From contig CM102287.1 of assembly GCA_046563655.1 (NCBI GenBank), positions 8,742,001-8,806,000 of the forward strand: a stretch of 64,000 nt of DNA, in the 5' to 3' direction. A program made the translations under genes and the position numbers. Positions 1 through 11,527 of the stretch are shown piece after piece. This stretch comes from Yuukianura sp. NJ FZ-2021. Taxonomy: Eukaryota. How positions within the stretch are numbered: position 1 is the stretch's first letter; every line of letters begins with the position of its first letter. The notes beneath the pieces are model-generated. The model was not told the DNA's origin, did not search any database, and saw nothing but the letters and a program-made list of their open reading frames with translations.

Positions 1-63
1 CTTTAGATTGTTTTATTGGTTGTTCTAATTTTCTAATTTCCCTTTATCTTGTGCCTTACTAAG

Positions 64-81
64 CACGCCCTTTGTTTAAAC
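64..81 (+). promoter_or_regulatory. Conserved upstream motif CACRCCC-N3-GTTTVAAC present before all four GR genes
   Basis: Copies at 64-81, 2071-2088, 4710-4727 and 6815-6832, each about 110-225 bp upstream of the ATG. Confidence 0.55.
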
Positions 82-248
82 ATCTAAAACAGACAACGTA
101 ATGCTCAAAATCCATATGTGTCGCTGCATTTAGACAACGTAGAACGCAAACTCAGCATTTTCCTCCTGCAATTGTCCATAAGAACATGCTGCATTTCGAT
201 CTTCTGAAAATCAAAAGTCCGTTTCAATTCCAATCTCGAATTTCTACA

Positions 249-1857
249 ATGGTGGACAGTGAATTTCAGGCATTCGAACAAGTAAAGAAACAAAGGTTAA
301 AGGTCACTAAAGAAGCCATTTTCGAACAGTCACCGCTCTACAAACACTGGAGATGGTTATTTCTTTCGCTAAGAGCTTTTGGAAGTTGTCCAATTTCTCA
401 AAATTTGGAAAATTTTCAATTGAAATTTCGTTGTTTTTCGTGGACAACTTTGTACACACTGACTATTCACTTGCTTCGAATTTCATTTTCGGTTTGGTTC
501 TTCAAGGACTGGGGAGCTATGCTTGGAGAAAGGTGCTATTCCAGGAGTTTTTTTTTTCAAAATGGTTTTTCAAAAATTTGAGTTTTTTTTGGGTTTTGAC
601 AGATATAGCAATGGGAATCTGCTGGTTCAGTGGATTATTGGCAGTATGGGCTACACTATTCCGCTGCAACAAATTTGGGAAATCATTGCAAGTTGGGCAA
701 CAGCTACCAAAATGGCGGCAATTGGAAACGAATGGATCCAATTCGATACAACGTTTCGCGAAGCTTTTGGAAAAACGTGTGCGCAGTACTATCGGCGCAC
801 AAAATGGCGTAAATGTGTCTTATTCTTTATAGTCTTTGTTGTTGGTGGGCACGTCTGTAGCACCCGAGCCGAATTGTTCCAAGAAGAAAAATTCGGTAAT
901 TTAAAAAAAGTTGTTTGTTGTCTATTATTGGATTTCTGCTATTTTAATATATTTTGTATAGGAAATTAACTTTTGTGTTTTTTTTTGTTACAGAGGTTTT
1001 GCATGTTTTGCGTATAATTCCTAGCTTCATGTTGATTGGTATCATGGTAGTTGAAGAAATTCGGATCCTCATGATGAACTTTACTTGTGCTGAGGGGTTT
1101 TACTACATACGGTCAGCCATAGAAGAACAGGTCAAAGGTCATGACCAAATTCTGACTCAAGTAGTGGTCAAGTGGACATCGATTGCCATGACATTACGAC
1201 GCAGTGTCCAACTGACTGGAGATATTCAGATGTACTTCCTCATTCCGGGATTTGTCCATATTGTTTTCATCCTCACTGGAGTTATTTTCATTTCAATTCA
1301 AACTGTGGTGGGGCAACATGCGACGGAAGACTTTATTTATATGGCCATCGCTGCAAGTTCCATGTTTGCCGGAGTGTTGCTAATAGTCAACATGGCAGAA
1401 GCTGTATCTCAGGAGGTACGTGTTCAAACAATGCCGCCCCTCTAGTATAACCTACAAGTTTGCTCCAGAAACTTAATCTTCATTTTAATTTGTTGCTGTT
1501 TTTGAATTTAGGAACAGCTTTTGGCTTCTGTGTTAATTGAATGTGACCCAGATATGTTTGACCTCAATGGAAAGATGGAAATAGCCAAGTTGATTGTAAC
1601 GCTTCAGCAAAATCCATCCAAGATATCCCTAGGTGGATACATTTCAGTGGAGAAAAGGCTGGTGACAAAGGTAATTCTATTTGACACAATTGGAAAATTG
1701 CGGTAAACTTTATTTGAAAGTGTTTTGAATGTTTTGTTGAATTTTGACTTTTAAGATGCTGACACATATCGTAGGCTATTTACTTCTTCTTATCCAGTTT
1801 GACCTCGCGTTCCACGTTAGAGACATTCCAAATTGTGGAAATGGAACTTCGTCGTAA
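249..1857 (+). CDS. Gustatory receptor (7tm_7-like), paralog 1 of a 4-gene tandem array; 5 exons
   Basis: Hydrophobic ORF pieces join in frame over short GT-AG introns (e.g. donor after 532, exon 2 from 603). Last exon reads MLTHIVGYLLLLIQFDL, matching the GR TM7 TYhhhhhQF motif, preceded by SLGGYISVEK. Stop TAA at 1855-1857. Confidence 0.85.
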
Positions 1858-2312
1858 ATACTTCCGCCATATTCCAAAATTTGGGTTGAAGTAAACTTTT
1901 GGCGGCCTGACCGTACCCACCGGTTTGAAACAGAAACGCAGAAACGTCACTCCTACCTTAACTTATCTAATGTTAACGCGGGTCGTAAAAAGCAGAACTT
2001 ATTCTGATGTCACCCGGATCGGCGAATTTTACTTTGTGTTTCTCTACATTAATGTTTGGCATCACTCAAACACACCCGCTGTTTCAACAAAATAAAAAAA
2101 GAGAACACGGGCATTAGAAATCCATTTTTTGTGTTGCAAAAATTAACATTTGAGTCACTTTTCACTTTTTCGGATAGTAAGAGTAACTCAACTGCTTTCA
2201 CTTGGATTTCATCAGTTTTGTCCTCAGCAAGTTCTAATTCAACCACTTCAAAAATATGGAGCATACTAAACTTAACGTTGAGCATTTTCAGCCAAAAATT
2301 TCAAATCCATTT

Positions 2313-4393
2313 ATGAAGAAGCAAAAGGTTCAAAACGGTAAGATTGACCACGACGGACTACAAAAGTTGAGGAAGAAAAAGGAAAGGTCAAAGGTCAACG
2401 GAAATGAAACCTTGGATAGCTCTCCGATGTACCGTCACTGTCACTGGTTGTCACGGGTGATGCTATTGTGTGGGAGTTCTCCAGTTACTAGCCATCCTGG
2501 AAATGACCTCCAGAGGTCAAAGGTCACATTCAAGTGGATTTCGTGGGCCAGTCTTTACACCCTTGTTGTTGATATTGTACGAGTGGTGACCTCGCTTTGG
2601 TATTTTGAAGACTGGGGACACATTCTAGGAGAAAGGTTAGATTTGAAAAACGAAACATTAAACTTTTGAATTTTTTTGTGTCCCAAATTTACGTTTTGAA
2701 ATTTGAAGCTACTTGGACAGTAACAGTTTGGGGTCGTGGATCATCCGCAGTATGAATTACTCGATGCCTCTTCATCATTTATGGGTCATTGTAACAATCT
2801 GGGCAAATGCAGGCAACTGGGCAGCGTTGGGCAATGCCTGCATTGCATTTGAACTTAAATTTATGGACATTTTTCAAAGAAGCACTGGACAATATTACAA
2901 CAGCAATAAATGGTTCTACAGCATTACCGTTCTATTCGTGGCCATTTTTGTTGGAGTGGGAGCAGCAGCTATTGCAGAACTGCTGCAATCACCGCCGTCA
3001 GACTTCGGTAAGCATTAAGGTTGTAACGGTACCAAGAGCTTCAGGTATCGCGGTACCTAGCGTGCCAGGTACCGGGGTACCACTTTTCTATGATACAGAC
3101 AAAATTGTTACGTTGAGTTTCTAAAATAATTTCCAGATCCTTGGACAATGGTTCGAGCAGTTCCATCGGCAATCCTTATAATACTGTTTGGGGTTGAAGA
3201 AATGCGGTTGATGTTGATATGTTTCACGATCTCTGAATTTCTTCGGTACATTCGGTGTGCCATCCAAGATCAACTTATAAGTACGACTCAAGTAAAGGAT
3301 GAAATGGTGACAGAGTGGACGAAACTGGTGATGACGTTGAGAAAAACAATCAAGGAAACTGGGAATGCCCAGGCTTTGTACCTCATTCCTTTCTTTGTCC
3401 ACGTAACAGTCGCCTTTACTGGAATTTTGTTCCTGGTTATTCAAGCACTAATTCGAGGACAGGCAGCGGAGTTTTCTATATTCGTCCTTATTGTTGGCGT
3501 TTCTATGATTTTTCGGTTATTCCTTGAAATCGATATGGCGGAGACCATTACAAAAGAGGTCAACAAAACTTAAATATATTAGGTTGTGTTACCCTAACTC
3601 GTTGGTTCGTAATGTACGTTTTGTCTGTGAATATCTCACGTGTGTGCTTATACGTTAACACGGAGTGTGTATGGTTTTGTGTATTAAATGTTACATCCAT
3701 AAATTGTTGTGCGTACATGAGTATCTATGAGTATCTTACCTAATACTTGCTTTTTGGCTGTATCACAAATGCATGTATTCATGTATGTATGTTTTTACCG
3801 TACGGGATTCCTGCATACACGGCATGTTTTGACAATACACAATTCCTACACGTATGTTTTGTCCGTATACGACTCATGTATGTGTGCTTTCGGTAACACG
3901 TAATCTATTTGTGTTACGTACATTATGTGATTTACAAGTTACAAGACATATAAATCTATACTAATTATATATAATATACATAATTATATAATAGTTATCC
4001 AAATTTTTGCTTTTTTAGGAACAAGCGTTGTGTACAATGTTGGTTGAACTGGATTCAGATGTATTCGATGTCAATGGTAAAATTGAACTGGGAAAATTGC
4101 TTGGTACGCTGCAGCGTAACCCGTCAAAAATTTCTCTCCGGGGATATCTTACGCTTGAACGCAAATCGCTCTCAAAGGTAACTATACTAATTAGCACCTA
4201 AAGTGTCCAGAAACGAAAATATTTTGAAGTATATTATTTCTTTTCTAAAAAAAAAACTTTTTGTCGTAAGTAGATGATGACGCACATCGTATCCACCTTG
4301 ATCATTTTGATTCAGTTCGACCTCGGCTACAACGGAAGAAACGCTGAGTATATTAAATTAAATAGTACTCTAAATGGAACTGTTCAAGAATAG
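2313..4393 (+). CDS. Gustatory receptor, paralog 2; 5 exons
   Basis: Same exon layout as paralog 1. C-terminus MMTHIVSTLIILIQFDL, stop TAG at 4391-4393. Start could alternatively be ATG 2256. Confidence 0.82.
3600..3990. repeat. Low-complexity TATG/TGTA-rich stretch in GR paralog 2 intron 3
   Basis: Repeated tgta/tatg/tacg words; this intron is much longer than the equivalent intron in paralogs 1 and 3. Confidence 0.5.
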
Positions 4394-4836
4394 CTTTACA
4401 AGGTTTCGAGAATAATGTTTAGCTGTACATTGATCAATTTCAAAAAATACTCTAGTTTAGACACTTTATTAAAAGTTTCTTTGTAGGTACATATGTGTGT
4501 TTTTTTCAACGTTTACCGTAAGTTTTGTGAGTAGTTTTTCCGTAGTAAATTTTTCCGCCAAATGTTGGGTTGTAGGGGCGTAATATTTTTCAGCTAAAAA
4601 AACAAACAGTATGTCTAATTGATTTCTTCGAAAAGTTGTGTCAAATTTGTTTCCCTTGTGTTGATTTTTCCGGTGTGACTTTCTATTTTATCTTCACAGT
4701 CAATTAGAACACGCCCATAGTTTGAACAACTTCGGTGCTTAAAATTTGCGTTCAGTTCCAATTCAAAAGCAATTTATACCAAACACAGTTACAAATTCAC
4801 AAAAGAGAAAGGATTCCTAAATTTTAAGTCATAGTC

Positions 4837-6649
4837 ATGAAAATGGACAAGAAAAACGCAGAATTAAAGCATCTACAAGCAAGCCAGAAGTCAAAGATCA
4901 CGGAGCAGGACGAGGAAGTTTTACCAATATTTCGTCAATGGCAATGGCTCCTGTTGGCCATGCGTGTACTTGGAAGCTGTCCTGTTTCTATTAGTCGCCT
5001 AAGCAGTCACCCCCAGGGGTCAAAGGTCATCTTCCACTGGGTCTCTTGGTCAAGTCTCTACACTCTTGTAGTCGACATTTTGCGAATTATTCTGTGCATT
5101 TACTATTTCAAAAATTGGGGACACACTTTTACACAAAAGTTAGTCGCAAATGGTTTAAAATTATGTAAATTTACGAGGGAACATTCCCAACCGTTTGTCA
5201 AAATTTTGAATTTAAAAAATACAGTCATAATTTGTACGTGAAAAGGAAATTTTCTGCAGTAGTTTCGGTTGCCAATGCCAAAAAAAAGTACCACAAGCTG
5301 GACTCGAACCGATGGCCCCCCTCCAGAAAAAGGAGAAAAAATATATTTTTATATACAGAATATGACCGTAATTTTTAAATTTAAAAATTTGACGAACGGT
5401 TGGGAATGTTCCCTCGTTAATAATCTTTAGTAAAATATATTTTTTTTTGTTTTTTCGAAGACTCAGCGGCCAGAATCCTGTAGTTTCCGGAACTGTTTGG
5501 AGTTTGACCTACTCTATAGCTATTTATCACTTCTGGGACATCGTGGCAGTTTGGGCCACAGGGAAAAAATCGGCTCGTCTGGGAAATTCTTGGATTCGGG
5601 GAGAAATGATGTTCCAGGAAGTTTTTGGAAAAAGTTCTGGATGCTTCTATCGACGTAAGAAGTGGTATTGTATCTTTGGGATTTTAGTTGGAGCAATTTC
5701 TGGAGGCATGACAGCATCAGCAATTGGAGAACTAATGAACTCTTCCTTTGAATTTGGTATAGCTGCGAAATTTTTGTCCAAAATCAAAATTTTACCCGGA
5801 ATTTTTTTTAAACTTGAATTTTCAATTTTGCTTTTCAGATGTTTCTGGACTGCTGCTCGTCTTCCCTAGCATAATCCTGTTCTCGACAATTGCTGTAGAG
5901 GAAGTTCGGATGCTGTTGATGTGTTTCACAATCTCCGAGACGTTTCGGTGTATTCGGTGTGGCATTTCGGACCAAATGCGGTCCACGGACACAGTTACAA
6001 ACCAGCTTGTGTCCAAGTGGATACGGAACATTTTGGTGTTGAGAGACACTGTCAAGGAAGTGGGAGACATTCTAGCAATGTATCTTATTCCACAGCTTGG
6101 TTTCAATCTAGTTGCTTTCACCGGAGTTTCATTTGTGGTCATCCATACCATAATGCTTGGCGAATCAGCGCAACATTTCATTTTTCTTCTTACGTTTGGA
6201 GCATCTATGGCTGTCCGAATGATTTTGAAAGTTGACGTCGCGGAGGCTATTACGGAAGAGGTTGGTCCAGAAATTTACATAAGTTTAAGCTAGTTTAAGC
6301 TTAATTGAGTGTTTTACATTAGGAACAAGCGTTGACCTCTGTGCTTTTGACATGTGACCCTAAGATGTTTGACATCAAAGGAAGAATGGAGCTGAACAAG
6401 CTTATTGCAACGCTCCAACAATGTCCGTCGAAGATGTCCCTCGCTGGATACTGCACCGTTCAGAAGAAACTCATTACAAAAGTAAACTTTAACAAAAAAT
6501 TTCTCACTTTTTTGAAATTTTGAAACACCATTTTCGAAATGTAGATGATGACACAAATCATCTCCAGCTTGATCATCCTTATCCAGTTCGATCTTGGGTA
6601 CACTGTCATGGACAGATTAAATTGCAGCTACAATGGAACTGTTCCGTAA
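4837..6649 (+). CDS. Gustatory receptor, paralog 3; 5 exons
   Basis: Same layout; KMSLAGYCTVQKKLITK then MMTQIISSLIILIQFDL; stop TAA at 6647-6649. Confidence 0.85.
5174..5416. mobile_element. MITE, PIF/Harbinger (Tourist-like), in GR paralog 3 intron 1
   Basis: TIR CGAGGGAACATTCCCAACCG...CGGTTGGGAATGTTCCCTCG, flanked by TTA on both sides (5171-5173, 5417-5419). Second family member at 45181-45499. Confidence 0.88.
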
Positions 6650-6966
6650 AACAGAAAATCAAAAACAAAATTGTGTTGAACAAAATTTGGTTTCGAAATT
6701 TTGAAATTTAGATTAATTAAAATAATTGATTTCTCCGCAAAACTGTGTCAAATGTTTTCCTCGTGTTGATTTTTGTGGTGTGACTTTCTATTTTATCTTC
6801 ACAGTCAATTAGAACACGCCCATTGTTTGAACAGCTCCAGTTTTTTAGAATTTGATTTCAATATTTCAGAGACGTTTGAAGTTTGTTGAGCCGTGAAATT
6901 CAAAAGCAATTTATATCAAACACGGTACAAATTAACTAAAAACAAGAGATTTTTAAATTGTAAGTT

Positions 6967-9222
6967 ATGCACAAGGAAACCGCAGATTTCCAGCGTCTAG
7001 AAGGAAGCCAAACGTCAAAGATGAAGAAACAGAGCGAGGAAGTTTTACCGCTATTTCGTCAATGGCAATGGCTGTTGTTTGCCATGCGCGTAGTTGGAAG
7101 TTGTCCTGTTTCTATTAGTCGTCTTAGCTATGACCTCCAGGGGTCAAAGGTCAGGTTCAATTGGATCTCTTGGCCAAGTCTCTACACTCTAGTAGTCGAC
7201 ATTGTTCGTATTCTTCTGTGCATTTACTTGTTCGACGATTGGGGACACACTTTAACAAAAAGGTTAGTCTCAGGGGGCGTAAATCCGGATTTTTGAGAAA
7301 TTCGGATTCGTCCAAATCCGGATTTCAAAAACAATTATACCGGATCTGACGGTTTTTTTTTGTTCCATGGTGTGCTCAATTGGAAAATTATTGATGTCGC
7401 AATCCGAAAAATTGAGTATGTATAAAAATATTTCTTAATTCAAGTTAATTAAAGAGAAGCATTCCTGAAGCCAGTTACAAACTTTTCTTTGGTTCTTGGA
7501 GTTTAAAACCAACTTGTTAATAGTTTTGGAAAAACTAAATAACTTTCTTATGATAAACTACAATGTAGTCTCAAATCCGCATTAAAATCCGGTTTTTTAT
7601 TCAAAATTTGTCAAAATCCGTAATCCGGATTTCTAAACAGCACTGATGAATTTACACCCCCTATTCTCAAATCAAATGGTTGAAAATTACTATGTAGAAA
7701 TTCCTAAAAACATATTTTTTTTTGTTTTTTCGAAGATTTAACAGCAAGAATCCTATAGTTGCCGGAGCGGTTTGGAGTTTGTCCTACTCTGTAGCTATTT
7801 ATCACTTTTGGGATATCGTGGCAGTTTGGGCCACCGGGAACACAACGGCTCGGCTGGCAAATTTTTGGATTCAGGGTGAAATGAAGTTCCAGGAAATTTT
7901 TGGAAAAGCTTCTGGATGCTACTATCGACGTAAGAAGTGGTATTCTATCATTGGGATTTTAGTTGCAGCAATGTTTGGAGGTATGACAACATCAGCACTT
8001 GGAGAACTACTGAACACTACCTTTGAATTTGGTATAGCCGCGAAATTTTTGTCCAAAATCAAAATTTTACCCGGATTTTTTTTTTAACTTGAATTTTAAA
8101 TTTTGGTTTTCAGATGTTTCTGGACTGCTGCGCATCTTCCCTAGCATAATCCTGGTGTCGGCAATTCTTGTAGAGGAAGCGCGGATACTGTTGATGTGTT
8201 TCACAATCTCAGAGACGTTTCGGTGTATTCGGTGTGGCATTTCGGACCAAATGAAGTCCACGGTCACAGTTGAAAGCCAAATTGCGTCCAAGTGGACACG
8301 GATTATTTTGGCGTTGAGAGACGCTGTTAACCAAGTGGGAGATATACAAGCAGTGTATCTTATTCCGCAGATTGTCTTCAACGTATTTTATTTCACTGGA
8401 ATTTTATTTGTGGCCATCCATACAATAATGCTTGGCGAATCAACGCAACACTCCATCTTCCTTCTGGCGCAGGGAGCGTCTATGATGGTCTGCATGATTT
8501 TGAAAATTGACGTCGCTGAGGCTATTACGGAAGAGGTAGATCTGACGAAATAGTTTTTCTTTAATAGGTTAGGCAATAAGTCCTGTTTTTTGAAAAATCA
8601 TGAGTCAATCTATTTTTTTCTACGTTTATTTTTGTTTTGTTTTCTACCTTCTACATTCAATTTGTTAATTCAAAAACTATCTCTTTGAATTTTTTAGTTT
8701 CGTTTACCATTACCATGCGTGATTGAAACTAAGTGAATTCTGTTTTCAAAATTTTTGCAGAAAAATTTAAAACTCGAGTTATTGCCTAGCCTGTTAACGA
8801 AAACGTATTTCTTTGTTTATCCACCTTGGGAAGATTAACATCCTTTTTTTATATTTATATATTTTTATATTTTTATTTTTTATAGTACAAATTGTTCTTT
8901 TTTACTTTAGGAGCAGGCGTTGACTTCCCTGCTTTTAGCATGTGACTCTCAGATGTTTAAAGGAAAAATGGATCTGAGTAAGCTAATTGAAACGCTCCAA
9001 CAATGTCCGTCGAAGATGTCGCTCGCTGGATACTGCACCGTGCAGAAGAAACTCATTACAAAAGTAAGGTTTCAACAAAAAATTCACTTTTTTTAACATT
9101 TTTTGAAATTTTGAAACAACATTTTTGAAATGTAGATGATGACACATATCATCTCCAGCTTGATCATCCTTATCCAGTTTGATCTTCGGTACAGTGTCAT
9201 GGGCAGGTCAAATTGCACTTAA
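6967..9222 (+). CDS. Gustatory receptor, paralog 4 (recent duplicate of paralog 3); 5 exons
   Basis: Exons and intron 2 closely match paralog 3 at the DNA level. C-terminus MMTHIISSLIILIQFDLRYSVMGRSNCT, stop at 9220-9222. Confidence 0.85.
7271..7663. mobile_element. MITE-like insertion in GR paralog 4 intron 1
   Basis: Termini CAGGGGGCGTAAAT ... ATTTACACCCCCTA with internal AAATCCGG subterminal repeats. Absent from paralog 3 intron 1. No clean TSD seen. Confidence 0.7.
8565..8793. mobile_element. MITE in GR paralog 4 intron 3
   Basis: Imperfect TIR TAGGTTAGGCAATAA / TTATTGCCTAGCCTG, flanked by TTAA at 8561-8564 and 8794-8797. Absent from the short equivalent intron of paralog 3. Confidence 0.7.
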
Positions 9223-9470
9223 CAATGGAACTAATCCGTAAAACGGAAAATCAAAAACAAAATTGTGTTGGTCAAATGGTTTCAAAATTTTGAAATTTGA
9301 GTATTGTAATTCAACCAAATCCTTTGATGAAACAAAATCATCAGTTGTGAGTTCATAAGTAAGGCAAGAGCGAATTTAATCATGAATTTTTATGTTATGG
9401 ACAAAATTTTTAGAAATTCCATTAATTTGTTTTGAAAAAAAGCCAGAATTTTTTTATTCCCAAAATTTCT

Positions 9471-10094
9471 TTAATTGCACTGGCAAATGCCTTCCCTCAT
9501 CTTGTTCATGATGTGAGTTCTGAAGGCGTTCATGTCCCTCATGTTTCCAGTGAACGAGCTCATCATCTCCTGCGTCATTCGCGTCTGCGTACAAACTGAT
9601 CGATCCGACTTCAGTTGGCATGAAGTATTCTGCTTACATCGGAGGTCAGGCGTGCGTGCCCCCAGGCTAGACAAAGACTCCGGTGGGACACAGGCTGAGC
9701 CACGGTCAAGGCGACAAAAGTTTCCTTCCCGAACCGACCTCATCTGAATTCCTCCGATTTCCGCATTAGCACATCCGCACTTCCAATTGCTCTGACACTG
9801 CAGATTCTTCAGGGAATTGCAGAAGTTTCCGCTCATCTGGGAAAGATTCCGGAGTTTACTCAAGGCTGCAGGGAGACCTGACATGTCACTAGACGTCATC
9901 GCCTGGAGCAACGATTTGCCAGCGGCTTCTCGCAGTCTCTCGTTGGTGTGGTTGCAGCTTGCACCGAATTCCAGAGTGTTCTTGGCGTCTAGAGCAGCTG
10001 TAATTGTACTTAACTCTCCCAAAGATGAAAAATCTTGTCCAACACACAGTTGAACTGCAGCGATCAAGCCCATGACAATTGCAAACTTTGCCAT
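9471..10094 (-). CDS. Intronless secreted cysteine-rich protein (207 aa), function unknown
   Basis: ATG at 10094 begins a signal-peptide-like MAKFAIVMGLIAAVQLCVG. Many spaced Cys including CxC pairs, ending GICQCN; loosely resembles EB-module-type Cys domains. Confidence 0.75.
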   Translation of the reverse strand: MAKFAIVMGLIAAVQLCVGQDFSSLGELSTITAALDAKNTLEFGASCNHTNERLREAAGKSLLQAMTSSDMSGLPAALSKLRNLSQMSGNFCNSLKNLQCQSNWKCGCANAEIGGIQMRSVREGNFCRLDRGSACVPPESLSSLGARTPDLRCKQNTSCQLKSDRSVCTQTRMTQEMMSSFTGNMRDMNAFRTHIMNKMREGICQCN

Positions 10095-11527
10095 TTTTAA
10101 AACGGTTTTCCAAAAGCCAAAATTTTCAAAAACCAAAACGGATTCAGCTTAAACGCAAAGTGAACTGCCTTTTTAACCTCATTTTCCAACCAGAAAATTA
10201 ATCAGCTCAATTAAACTGCGTAAATTAAACTTCCTATTTAACTTAACCAAAAGACCGCCGAAGCTCGTAATTTTGGACAAATTAAGGTCATATCACTAAT
10301 TAAATACTTCCCATATTTCAAAGACTTTGTCCACATTTAACTATTAACCAAATCGTCCTACTTCATTCGAAAATTGCAAATCAAAATTTTGTTTAATGTA
10401 GAGAACTATAATACATGTATAACCTTGCAGGTTACAGGTCATAAGCGCAAATTCCAAAAGTTGGCAACACTGAACTTACATTACCAATGAAACGTGACCT
10501 ACCCTTTTAAAAAACTTAAATCTTCCCAACTTCAATAAAGTCCACCTCCACTGTTGCCAACTTGCTCAATTCGCGAATATTGTTTTCGCGCTAATGAGCG
10601 GTTAAAATCGTTGAAACATGATAATATTTTGCCAAAAATGCAAATAAACTAATCGTAAGCTTGTATACATTTATAGAACAACAAAACACGGAGTATGTAA
10701 CTTGAAATTTTAATTAATGTAATACAACATCAACTCAAGTGATTTTTTTCAAAATCAAAATGTAACAATTCCTCCTTATAACAAAATGTAATCAAGTTTT
10801 TTTGAAACCAGTTTTCGATACAAAAGGCATCCTTAAAAACGAAGCTGACCAAAATTGTCGAAAAAGAATAATTTGTAGAAAGACAGACTTTCACTTTTTG
10901 TTTTTTTTTCATTTGAAACGTGTTTTGTACAAATGTATTTCAATTATTCCTTATTAATCATTACAATATTAAAATTAATTTAAAAAAAATCTCGGTAACA
11001 CGTCAACTGTTGTGTTATGTAATGAGTTTATACAATTTTTCCTTGTCTTTTTTTTATATGTCAAGTTTTCTACTTCCTAAAGTAATTGATGTGACCTGTG
11101 ATCTGAACTTCCTCGTTTTCGAATCCTCTTCACCATCCCACACAAAGTACTATTTGATTAATTAATCATTTCGTTTTGTGAACCTGTTATACCACTGCAT
11201 GTGCAAAAATTTTGCAAATTGCATAATTTCCTAATTGGTCACCAACTGAGTGTTCTTGTGGTTATTATATAATACTTTGAAGTATTTAGTACTTGGCCGA
11301 AACTACTTCAAGTGAAAGTGTAACATGCATTTTAGTTTCCAAATTGCAGTTCCTTGTTTAACCATATAAAGCTGCGCCGTAACGGTTCACAAATTTCATT
11401 TCTGGGCAGAGTTCGGCAGATGCTGATCTGCACGAACTCCTCAAAAAGTTTTGCTGTTTTTAGTTCCTAAGAATTTTTTGGCATTTCTACGAAGAAAATC
11501 ATTCTGAGTTTCGCGCCAAAATTCAAA

